Made by a program: the position numbers and the translations under genes
The notes under the pieces: model-generated
Database searches by the model: none
What the model saw: only the letters and a program-made list of their open reading frames with translations
Told to the model about the DNA's origin: nothing
From: Pseudomonadota bacterium
GTDB taxonomy: Bacteria > Pseudomonadota > Gammaproteobacteria > JAKAQQ01
Assembly: GCA_027365475.1 (NCBI GenBank)
Contig: DAHXNI010000080.1
Coordinates: forward strand, 5,490-69,489
DNA length: 64,000 nucleotides
Direction of reading: 5' to 3'
Shown: positions 56,510 to 64,000 of the stretch, in pieces
Layout: every line of letters starts with the position of its first letter
How positions within the stretch are numbered: position 1 is the stretch's first letter

Positions 56510-58923
56510 GTGTGCCCCCCCGTTGAATCCGCGGTGGAGGAAAAAACCAGGTCCAAAGGCCCCCAGGAGGCACCCCATCCCCAAGCCGCTTCGGTCGCGG
56601 CATCGAGCCAGACGACACCGCGCGGGATCCCGTCATGAAAGGCGACCGGGACCGTTGAGGCATTCTGCACCGGGCGCGGACGGGCGAAACTCCCGGCCCC
56701 CACACCCTGCTCCTTGGCATCCGCGGGATGCATGTAAAGTGTGCGGGCACGACGGGCGAGACCGGTCGACTGAAGTGGTGCGGAATGCCGCACACAGGGG
56801 TCGCCGCCATAGGGCGCACGGCGTGCGATCCGGTACCAACCCTGCCGCGCCCGATCCGGGCCCTGGACAGCTTCAGGCGGGGAATCCGGGCCTTTAGTCT
56901 CGGCGAGGGGAGCATGCGCGGCGATTTCCGCAAGAATCGCATCACGGGACTCGTACTCAAAACCCCTGAGTCCCATTCTCTGACCCAAAACCCGGAGAAT
57001 CTTCCAACCCGGCCGGGCCTCGCCCAAGGGTGGGACCAGGGCCTCAAAACCATTCATCCGCCCTTCGAGATCAATATAGGTTCCACCGGTCTCCACCTGG
57101 GCTGCGAGCGGCAGCACGATGCTCGCGCACGTGGCATGGGAGGGTGCAAGCCAGGAGGCGAGCACCAAAACCTCTTCCGCCGCCCCGAGTGCGCGCATGG
57201 CGGTGACGGGGTCCCAGAGGTCATATTCGGGCTCGACTCCAAGGAGGCAATAGAGTTTCCGGGGTTGATCGAAGAGTTCCCGGGCTATCACTCGTGGTGC
57301 ACCCGCGCCCCGGAGCGCTCCAATCCGTGCAGCGCCAAGCGCGTTCGGGCCGGAGGGGAGGCGCACCCAGCGGGCACCCGTCCGGCGGGCGATCTCGGAG
57401 ACGAGACGGGTCAGCACACTACCCAGCGGATGAGCCTCAACCCATTCGCCCAGGATGATCTGCACCCGCGGACCGCGTTCCAAGAACTTCACGAGCACGC
57501 CAAGATCGTCCGCTCCGATCGGAGCCTGTGTGGCCCAATCCTGTACCCAGGCCGGAAGCGGCTCCGGCTCATTTGAAGCGATGGCCCCAAGGAGTCTGGC
57601 CAGTCCTCCGATCATGCCCTCGGGCCCGAGAGGCTCATTGAAAACGGTTGCATAGTTAGCATCGAACCGCACCGGGTTGAACACCGCCACCTGGGCACCA
57701 TGCAGTGACGCACGACGCACCCGCAAGTTGAGCAGCGGGTACTCGTTCCTTAAATCCGTTCCGATCAGGAGAAAACCTTCCTGGGCTTCAAACTCGGCCA
57801 GCGACAGGCCGAGTGTCTCATGCTCCGCGAGATCGTCTGCCGAGGGTCTCGCATCTGCACGGAACAGACGCGAATCGACTCCCTCGACACCCAGTTCCTT
57901 CAGGATTTTTTCGAAAAGATACATCTCCTCAAGCGTGCACTGAGGGGAGTAAAGGGCGCCCACGGCCTCCGGTCCGGCTTCGGCCACCACCCGTTTCAGA
58001 CGGTCGGCAAAAGCATCGAGCGCAACCTCCCACTCGGCCGGGGCGAGCGTTCCATCCGTCGTGCGGATCTTGGGCGAGATGATCCGGTCGTCCGTGTAAA
58101 GCCCCGCATAACCGAAGCGATCACGATCGGACAACCAAATCCCATTCCGATCGGGCGCAGCACGCGGGACAACCCGCATGAGCCGCCCCCGGAGCGTGTG
58201 ACCCCAGAGATGGGATCCCATTGCATCGTGCGCCGAAATTCCCGGCAGAGCCAGCATTTCCCAGGTACGTGCTGCAAAACGGAATGGCTTGGAGTTGAGC
58301 GCACCGACCGGGCAGAGATCGATGATATTGCCGGACAGCTCCGATTCGAGCTCCCGTCCGAGGAAGCTCCGCACCTCTGTGTGTTCGCCCCTCCCGGTAA
58401 TGGCAAGTTCCGGATCACCCGCAATTTCCTGGCCGAAGCGGACACACCGCGAACAGTAGATGCAGCGTGTCATATCGGTGCTCACGAGCGGTCCGATGTT
58501 CTCGTCGGCCACAACCCGTTTGGATTCCTGGAACCTAGAGTGATCGAACCCGTACCCCATGGCGAGATCCTGAAGCTCACATTCCCCACCCTGGTCGCAG
58601 ACCGGACAGTCGAGCGGGTGATTGATGAGGAGAAACTCCATGGTCGCATGCTGGGCGGACAATGCCCGGGGCGACCGGGTCGACACCCGCATCCCTTCAG
58701 TTACGGGAGTCGCACAGGCTGGCAAGGGCTTCGGTGCTTTTTCCACTTCGACCAGACACATCCTACAGTTGGCCGCGATCGTAAGATGCGGGTGATAGCA
58801 AAAACGCGGAATGTAGATTCCGGCGCGATCGGCGACCTGGATCACCATCTCGCCTTTCTCGGCCTCAAGCGGTTGCCCGTCGATTTCGAGGTGTACGATG
58901 GCCTTTGCGGGTACTGCGTTCAT
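56506..58923 (-). CDS. nuoG: NADH-quinone oxidoreductase subunit G
   Basis: Start at the ATG for [18 protein letters not shown] (ATGA overlap with nuoF). N-terminal 2Fe-2S/4Fe-4S Cys clusters (CYHPHL..C..C; [10 protein letters not shown]). Confidence 0.9.
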   Translation of the reverse strand: MNAVPAKAIVHLEIDGQPLEAEKGEMVIQVADRAGIYIPRFCYHPHLTIAANCRMCLVEVEKAPKPLPACATPVTEGMRVSTRSPRALSAQHATMEFLLINHPLDCPVCDQGGECELQDLAMGYGFDHSRFQESKRVVADENIGPLVSTDMTRCIYCSRCVRFGQEIAGDPELAITGRGEHTEVRSFLGRELESELSGNIIDLCPVGALNSKPFRFAARTWEMLALPGISAHDAMGSHLWGHTLRGRLMRVVPRAAPDRNGIWLSDRDRFGYAGLYTDDRIISPKIRTTDGTLAPAEWEVALDAFADRLKRVVAEAGPEAVGALYSPQCTLEEMYLFEKILKELGVEGVDSRLFRADARPSADDLAEHETLGLSLAEFEAQEGFLLIGTDLRNEYPLLNLRVRRASLHGAQVAVFNPVRFDANYATVFNEPLGPEGMIGGLARLLGAIASNEPEPLPAWVQDWATQAPIGADDLGVLVKFLERGPRVQIILGEWVEAHPLGSVLTRLVSEIARRTGARWVRLPSGPNALGAARIGALRGAGAPRVIARELFDQPRKLYCLLGVEPEYDLWDPVTAMRALGAAEEVLVLASWLAPSHATCASIVLPLAAQVETGGTYIDLEGRMNGFEALVPPLGEARPGWKILRVLGQRMGLRGFEYESRDAILAEIAAHAPLAETKGPDSPPEAVQGPDRARQGWYRIARRAPYGGDPCVRHSAPLQSTGLARRARTLYMHPADAKEQGVGAGSFARPRPVQNASTVPVAFHDGIPRGVVWLDAATEAAWGWGASWGPLDLVFSSTADSTGGHT

Positions 58924-60236
58924 GCGACCGACCGCTCGTGATCCGGCTCTCGGGCCGCAAAAGGGCATCCCTGGTGACGAATGTGCGCATCAAACTCGTC
59001 CGCAAAGTGCTGGATGAAACTCCAGACCGGCATGGCCGCGGCATCGCCCAGAGCGCAGATGGTGTGCCCTTCGATGTTGTGTGCCACGCTCACGAGCCGG
59101 TCGAGATCTTCTTTCCGGCCCGCTCCGGCCTCGATCCGCCGCACCATGCGGTAGAGCCAGCCGGTACCCTCACGGCAGGGCGTGCATTGTCCACAGGATT
59201 CAGAATAGTAGAACCGGCTGATCCGTTCCAGTACACGGACGAGGCAGGTCGTTTCATCCATCACGATGACCGCACCGGAGCCGAGCAGGGAACCTGCCTT
59301 TTTGACACTGTCATAGTCCATGTTGACGGCCATCATGGCCGGACCCGGTATGATCGGGACGGAAGATCCGCCGGGAATGACCGCCTTGAGCGTGTGCCCG
59401 GCACGCACTCCCCCTGCCCGTTCCAGGAGTTCGGCGAAAGGGGTGCCGAGCGGGACTTCGTAGTTCCCGGGGCGAGCCACATGTCCGGTCACCGAGAAGA
59501 TCTTCGGCCCGCCGGCACCGGGTACGCCCTGATCGGCGAACCACTGGGCACCGTGGTGGAGAATGGCGGGAACCGAGGCCAGCGTTTCGGTGTTGTTGAT
59601 GGTCGTGGGATGCCCATAAAGCCCGTGACTTGCGGGAAACGGCGGCTTGAAACGCGGGAACCCCTTTTTGCCTTCGAGCGATTCGAGCAGTGCGGTTTCC
59701 TCCCCGCAGATATAGGCACCCGCACCCAAGTGGGTATGAAGATCGATTGACACTCCGCTGCCCCGGATATTCGATCCGAGCCAGCCCTCTCGGTAGGCTT
59801 CTTTGAGCGCCGATTCGAAGCGGGGGTAGGGTTCATCCATGAACTCCCCGCGGATATAGTTATAGCCCACATTCACGCCCATGGCATAACAGGCGATGGC
59901 CATCCCTTCGACCAGCGCATGTGGATTGAATCGGAGAATGTCACGATCCTTGCAGGTCCCAGGCTCACTTTCATCGGAGTTGCAGACGATATATTTCGGA
60001 CCCTGACTGCCCTGGGGCATGAATCCCCATTTGACTCCGGTCGGAAAACCGGCCCCTCCCCGACCCCTCAAGCCGGACTGTTTGACAGTTTCAATGACCG
60101 CTGCGGGTGGAATCTTCTCGCGCAAAATCCGCTCCCAGGCCTCATAGCCACCGATTGCGCGATAGGTCTCAAGGCTCCAAGGCACCTCGTGACCGAGCGT
60201 GGCATAACAAACCGGGCCCACATGACTGTCACTCAT
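58920..60236 (-). CDS. nuoF: NADH-quinone oxidoreductase subunit F (NADH/FMN-binding)
   Basis: [16 protein letters not shown] motif and C-terminal 4Fe-4S Cys motif ([12 protein letters not shown]). Confidence 0.9.
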   Translation of the reverse strand: MSDSHVGPVCYATLGHEVPWSLETYRAIGGYEAWERILREKIPPAAVIETVKQSGLRGRGGAGFPTGVKWGFMPQGSQGPKYIVCNSDESEPGTCKDRDILRFNPHALVEGMAIACYAMGVNVGYNYIRGEFMDEPYPRFESALKEAYREGWLGSNIRGSGVSIDLHTHLGAGAYICGEETALLESLEGKKGFPRFKPPFPASHGLYGHPTTINNTETLASVPAILHHGAQWFADQGVPGAGGPKIFSVTGHVARPGNYEVPLGTPFAELLERAGGVRAGHTLKAVIPGGSSVPIIPGPAMMAVNMDYDSVKKAGSLLGSGAVIVMDETTCLVRVLERISRFYYSESCGQCTPCREGTGWLYRMVRRIEAGAGRKEDLDRLVSVAHNIEGHTICALGDAAAMPVWSFIQHFADEFDAHIRHQGCPFAAREPDHERSVA

Positions 60237-60724
60237 GAAAGCCCTTCCAGAATCTCATCCACCCGCTCGGGGGTGAGATGCTCGTAGTAGACATGATCGA
60301 CCATCATCATCGGTGCGCCCGCACACGCGGCAAGACATTCTTCTTCCGGCTTGAGATAGAACCGCCCGTCCGGTGTCGACTGCCCGGGTCGGATGCCGAG
60401 CCGTTTCTCGATATGGGACAGGATCGACTCACCCCCACAGAGCATGCAGGAGACATTCGTGCAGACCGAGATGCTGTGGCGGCCGATCGGCTTTCTCTCA
60501 TACATCGAATAGAAGCTGGCCACCTCCTCGACCTCGACCGGAGGCAGGCCGAGATAGCCCGCAACGGCTTCCAGTGATTCCGGGCTGAGCCATCCGCCGT
60601 TTTCCTCCTGCACGATCCGAAGCGCTGCCAAAACAGCCGATCGCTTGCCGTAGGGGGGGTACTTACCCACCCACTGATCGATCTCAGCCTGTACCCGGGG
60701 TGTGAGGACCCTGGAGGCGCTCAT
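60233..60724 (-). CDS. nuoE: NADH-quinone oxidoreductase subunit E
   Basis: 163 aa; thioredoxin-like 2Fe-2S subunit with Cys motifs ([10 protein letters not shown]; CLAACAGAP). Confidence 0.9.
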   Translation of the reverse strand: MSASRVLTPRVQAEIDQWVGKYPPYGKRSAVLAALRIVQEENGGWLSPESLEAVAGYLGLPPVEVEEVASFYSMYERKPIGRHSISVCTNVSCMLCGGESILSHIEKRLGIRPGQSTPDGRFYLKPEEECLAACAGAPMMMVDHVYYEHLTPERVDEILEGLS

Positions 60725-61974
60725 CGATCGATCTCCCCAAACACAATGTCCTGAGAACCGATGATCGCAACCAGATCGGCGATCATGTGACCCCGCGACA
60801 TCTCGTCCAGCGCCGCAAGATGCGGGAAACCAGCCGGACGCACCTTGACGCGATAGGGCTTGTTGGCACCATCGGACACGAGATAGATTCCAAACTCCCC
60901 CTTCGGGTGCTCAACCGCAGCGTAGACCTCCCCTTCCGGAACCACATAACCCTCGGTGAAGAGCTTGAAGTGGTGAATCAGGGCTTCCATGTCGTGCTTC
61001 ATGACGGCGCGCGGCGGTGCGACCACCTTGTAATCATCGATCAGGACCGGACCCGGATGGCTGGCGAGCCAGTCGACACACTGGCGCACCAGACGGCTCG
61101 ACTGGCGCATCTCCTCAATCCTTACGAGGTAGCGGTCATAGCAGTCGCCCACCCGACCGATGGGAACGTCAAACTCAAGCTGATCATAGACTTCATAGGG
61201 CTGCATCTTTCGCAGATCCCAGGCCACTCCCGAACCGCGCAACATGGGCCCTGTAAAACCAAGCTGGAGCGCACGTTCTGCGGTCACCACTCCGACGCCA
61301 ACCGTGCGCTGTTTCCAGATCCGGTTATCCGTGAGGAGCGCTTCCGACTCGTCGATCCGCTGGGGAAACCGCTCGGAAAAATCGCGGATGAAATCCAGTA
61401 GGGATCCCTCGCGGTTCCGGTTGCGTTCGCGGAGTTCTCGCTTGGAACGCCAACGCGAGGGAGCGTATTGGGGCATCCGGTCCGGCAGGTCGGCGTGCAC
61501 CCCACCCGGGCGGTAATAGGTTGCGTGCATGCGCGTTCCCGAGACCGCCTCGTACATGTCCATGATGTCTTCCCGGTCCCGGAAGCAGTACAGGAAAACA
61601 CTCATTGCGCCGATATCGAGCGCATGGGCTCCCAGCCAGAGCAGATGGTTCGTAATCCGGGTGAGTTCATCGAACAGCACGCGGATATAGCGGGCACGAA
61701 TCGGGATCTCGACCCCGAGCAATCGCTCTATGGCCAGCACGTAGGCGTGTTCATTGCACATCATGGAAACGTAGTCGAGCCGGTCCATATAGCCGATGCT
61801 CTGGTTGAACGGCTTGCTTTCCGCGAGCTTCTCGGTTGCGCGGTGCAAGAGCCCCACGTGGGGATCCACCTTGCGAATCACTTCGCCATCCAGTTCGAGG
61901 ACGAGACGCAGAACCCCGTGCGCAGCAGGGTGCTGGGGTCCGAAGTTCATCGTGTAGTTCTGGATCTCAGGCAT
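60721..61974 (-). CDS. nuoD: NADH-quinone oxidoreductase subunit D
   Basis: Start at [24 protein letters not shown] (417 aa). Confidence 0.9.
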   Translation of the reverse strand: MPEIQNYTMNFGPQHPAAHGVLRLVLELDGEVIRKVDPHVGLLHRATEKLAESKPFNQSIGYMDRLDYVSMMCNEHAYVLAIERLLGVEIPIRARYIRVLFDELTRITNHLLWLGAHALDIGAMSVFLYCFRDREDIMDMYEAVSGTRMHATYYRPGGVHADLPDRMPQYAPSRWRSKRELRERNRNREGSLLDFIRDFSERFPQRIDESEALLTDNRIWKQRTVGVGVVTAERALQLGFTGPMLRGSGVAWDLRKMQPYEVYDQLEFDVPIGRVGDCYDRYLVRIEEMRQSSRLVRQCVDWLASHPGPVLIDDYKVVAPPRAVMKHDMEALIHHFKLFTEGYVVPEGEVYAAVEHPKGEFGIYLVSDGANKPYRVKVRPAGFPHLAALDEMSRGHMIADLVAIIGSQDIVFGEIDR

Positions 61975-62686
61975 GGTCTTTGGGCGGCGGCTGGGCAGCA
62001 TCCGTGTAACGGGCATCGTGCCGGATGACCCGGGGCACGAGCTCACGCGGCGCAATCGAGACCGGTTCGTAGATCACCCGTCCCGCTTGAGGGTCATAAC
62101 GAACTTCCACCTCGCCGGAAAGCGGGAAATCCTTGCGGAAGGGATGGCCGATAAATCCATAGTCGGTGAGGATGCGGCGGAGGTCCGGATGGCCGGCGAA
62201 GAGAATACCGAAGAGATCAAAGACTTCCCGCTCGAACCAATTGGCGGATGCATAAACGTCAACGATCGACGGCACCCGTGGAGTCGCATCGGATTCCGTG
62301 AAGACCTTGAGCCTCAGGCGCCAGTTTTCGGTCAGGGACAAGAGGTGGTAGACCACGGCAAAGCGCTGTCGCGGCTTATCCGGCTTCGCTTCGGGATCCT
62401 GGATGGGATCCCGGGACACCGCCCGGCTGAATCCGGTTTGCGTGCTGGACGCGGTCACCCAGTCTTCCTCTCCGTAGGTGAGATAATCGACTGCGGTGAC
62501 ATCCATCAGCTGTTCGAAATGAAATCGTGGGTCGTCCCGAAGCGTCTCCGCCACCTGGTAAAGCAGCCCGGGAGCCAGTGTCCACACCAGTTCCCCGACA
62601 CGATTGATCTCAACCGCGGCATCCGGCCAGACTCCGAGTATCCGGCCGCGTAGTTCGTCCAGAGTGGGATCTGCGGAATCGGTCAC
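61967..62686 (-). CDS. nuoC: NADH-quinone oxidoreductase subunit C (start uncertain: GTG at 62686 overlapping the nuoB stop, or an upstream ATG)
   Basis: NuoC 30-kDa subunit. The choice of start codon is ambiguous. Confidence 0.75.
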   Translation of the reverse strand: MTDSADPTLDELRGRILGVWPDAAVEINRVGELVWTLAPGLLYQVAETLRDDPRFHFEQLMDVTAVDYLTYGEEDWVTASSTQTGFSRAVSRDPIQDPEAKPDKPRQRFAVVYHLLSLTENWRLRLKVFTESDATPRVPSIVDVYASANWFEREVFDLFGILFAGHPDLRRILTDYGFIGHPFRKDFPLSGEVEVRYDPQAGRVIYEPVSIAPRELVPRVIRHDARYTDAAQPPPKDHA

Positions 62687-63198
62687 GGAGATGCCTGAAT
62701 GACGGGCGCCTTGTGGCGACGGATTTTTTTCTGCAGCTGCAGAATCCCATACAGCAGGGCTTCGGCGGTGGGTGGGCAACCCGGGACATAGATGTCGACG
62801 GGGACGATCCGGTCACAACCCCGAACCACCGAGTAGGAGTAGTGATAGTACCCCCCCCCGTTCGCACAGGACCCCATGGAAATCACCCACTTGGGTTCCG
62901 GCATCTGGTCGTATACACGGCGCAAGGCCGGGGCCATCTTGTTGACGAGCGTCCCGGCCACGATCATCACATCGGACTGGCGTGGGCTCGGCCGGAAGAC
63001 GACACCGAACTGGTCGAGATCATAGCGGGCCGCACCCGCATGCATCATTTCGACGGCGCAGCAGGCCAGCCCGAAGGTCATGGGCCAAAGTGAACCGGTG
63101 CGCGCCCAGTTGACCAGCTGGTCCAGGGACGTCGTGGCGTACCCCTTTTGGTCGAAGTGACTGAGTTCCGGGGGCAACGCGACCGCGCTCATTCCCAT
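62683..63198 (-). CDS. nuoB: NADH-quinone oxidoreductase subunit B
   Basis: [12 protein letters not shown]...[12 protein letters not shown]...GCPP: N2-cluster Cys ligands. Confidence 0.9.
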   Translation of the reverse strand: MGMSAVALPPELSHFDQKGYATTSLDQLVNWARTGSLWPMTFGLACCAVEMMHAGAARYDLDQFGVVFRPSPRQSDVMIVAGTLVNKMAPALRRVYDQMPEPKWVISMGSCANGGGYYHYSYSVVRGCDRIVPVDIYVPGCPPTAEALLYGILQLQKKIRRHKAPVIQASP

Positions 63199-63545
63199 TC
63201 AAGACCCCCCTTGCTCCACTCGTAGAGGAACCCCACGACCAGGATCAGGAGAAAAAGTCCCATGGCCCAGAAGCCGGGCCAGCCGATTTCGCGCAACGCC
63301 ACGGCCCATGGAAACAGGAAGGTGATCTCAAGATCGAAAAGAATGAAGAGGATTGCAACCAGGTAGTAGCGAACTTCAAACTTCATGCGGGCATCTTCGA
63401 AAGGCTCGAATCCGCATTCATAAGGGCGGGTCTTGGCCGGATCGCGCCGACCGGGTCCAAAGAAAAACCCGAGTGAGAGGAGCGCCGTACCGACTACTCC
63501 ACCGACACCCAAAAACAGAAGGACAGTCAGGTAGTTTGGAAGCAT
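63189..63545 (-). CDS. nuoA: NADH-quinone oxidoreductase subunit A
   Basis: 118 aa; PYECGF motif, 3 TM helices; first gene of the operon. Confidence 0.9.
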   Translation of the reverse strand: MLPNYLTVLLFLGVGGVVGTALLSLGFFFGPGRRDPAKTRPYECGFEPFEDARMKFEVRYYLVAILFILFDLEITFLFPWAVALREIGWPGFWAMGLFLLILVVGFLYEWSKGGLEWE

Positions 63546-63662
63546 CGAGTGGGCACGGCTTTCAAATCGGTGCCCTATTTTAACCGATGCAGATCGGACC
63601 TGCTGTCCGTTTTCTGCTACGGACCATGACCTCCGTCAGGCCCGAGCGATTTTCCTCTGACT

Positions 63663-63746
63663 GGTGCCGACGGTGAGACTCGAACTCACACGGCTCGCGC
63701 CACCGCCCCCTCAAGACGGCGTGTCTACCAATTCCACCACGTCGGC
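63663..63746 (-). tRNA. tRNA-Leu (anticodon GAG), class II with long variable arm
   Basis: The revcomp GCCGACGTGGTGGAATTGGTAGACACGCCGTCTTGAGGGGGCGG(TGGCGCGAGCCGTG)TGAGTTCGAGTCTCACCGTCGGCACCA has a 7-bp acceptor stem, anticodon loop TT-GAG-GG, a 14-nt variable arm, and a T-loop GTTCGAGTC. Confidence 0.85.
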
Positions 63747-63783
63747 AAGTACTGAAACCAGAGCCCCCACTTCGCCCAGGCGA

Positions 63784-64000
63784 TCAACCTTTTCCGCCCG
63801 GAACCGGAAGCGGTTGGGACTTTTTGACGGGGGCCGGAAGCGGTTTCGTTTTCTGGGGTGCCCGGGTCGGATGATGCGCTTTGGCGCTTAAAACCAGTCC
63901 CGCACTGGACCCGCTTCCGGTCTGGGTCACATATGTCAGGGCAATGCAGTTCGCAAAAAAAAGTACCGCAGCGACTGCGGTCGTCCGGCTCAGAAAGTTG
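63784..64000 (-). CDS. secG: Preprotein translocase subunit SecG, 3' portion (gene continues beyond the window end)
   Basis: The minus-strand translation ...FLSRTTAVAAVLFFANCIALTYV... matches the SecG second TM helix, followed by a Gly/Pro/Lys-rich tail. Classic secG-tRNA-Leu-nuoA arrangement. Confidence 0.6.
   Translation of the reverse strand, partial: NFLSRTTAVAAVLFFANCIALTYVTQTGSGSSAGLVLSAKAHHPTRAPQKTKPLPAPVKKSQPLPVPGGKG

Noticed and set aside
55860-58941. 397-aa minus-strand ORF and 373-aa plus-strand ORF
   Set aside because: Overlap and are antisense to nuoH/nuoG; spurious.

Overview
High-GC proteobacterial chromosomal segment in three parts. (1) 1–22.0 kb is conserved core: the 5' two-thirds of smc (minus strand), queF, dksA, a YheT-type hydrolase, the complete rimP-nusA-infB-rbfA-truB-rpsO-pnp operon (minus strand), nadB-nadA with a divergent Nudix-type NAD regulator (NrtR/NadQ-like), mbfA (erythrin-VIT1 fusion), two tandem paralogous membrane proteins, osmC and a lipoprotein hydrolase. 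(2) 22.0–49.0 kb is a ~27-kb composite genomic island integrated at the 3' end of tRNA-fMet. The intact tRNA lies at 48898-48974 next to a tyrosine integrase, and two further copies of the tRNA 3' end (at 22049 and 28217), each followed by a ~300-bp direct repeat, delimit two related elements inserted in tandem. Element A (22.0–28.2 kb) is decayed: it holds an AbiEi/AbiEii pair, an IS256-family copy with a nested IS21-family element, both transposases inactivated, and only 29 bp of its integrase. Element B (28.2–49.0 kb) is a defence island. Its type I R-M operon hsdM...hsdS...hsdR is interrupted by four accessory modules, all translationally coupled: a DUF4258/YgiT-zinc-finger TA pair, an orphan 292-aa protein, a 520-aa reverse transcriptase overlapping the hsdS stop, and an XRE-HTH-ImmA/IrrE peptidase with a DUF4411 protein. 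Element B also carries a TIR-like (COG4271-type) protein, an integron-integrase-like pseudogene fragment, an AlpA-like gene split by an IS1634-family element, ParD/ParE, a DUF1697 protein and the integrase. (3) 49.0–64.0 kb holds the complete nuoN...nuoA operon (minus strand), tRNA-Leu(GAG) and the 3' end of secG. The most interesting candidate for an undescribed system is the reverse transcriptase plus HTH-peptidase/DUF4411 cluster, together with the orphan 292-aa gene, embedded inside the type I R-M operon; the stand-alone TIR-like protein is a second candidate. The ORF track also calls GTG/TTG starts as M; several starts below were adjusted for that.
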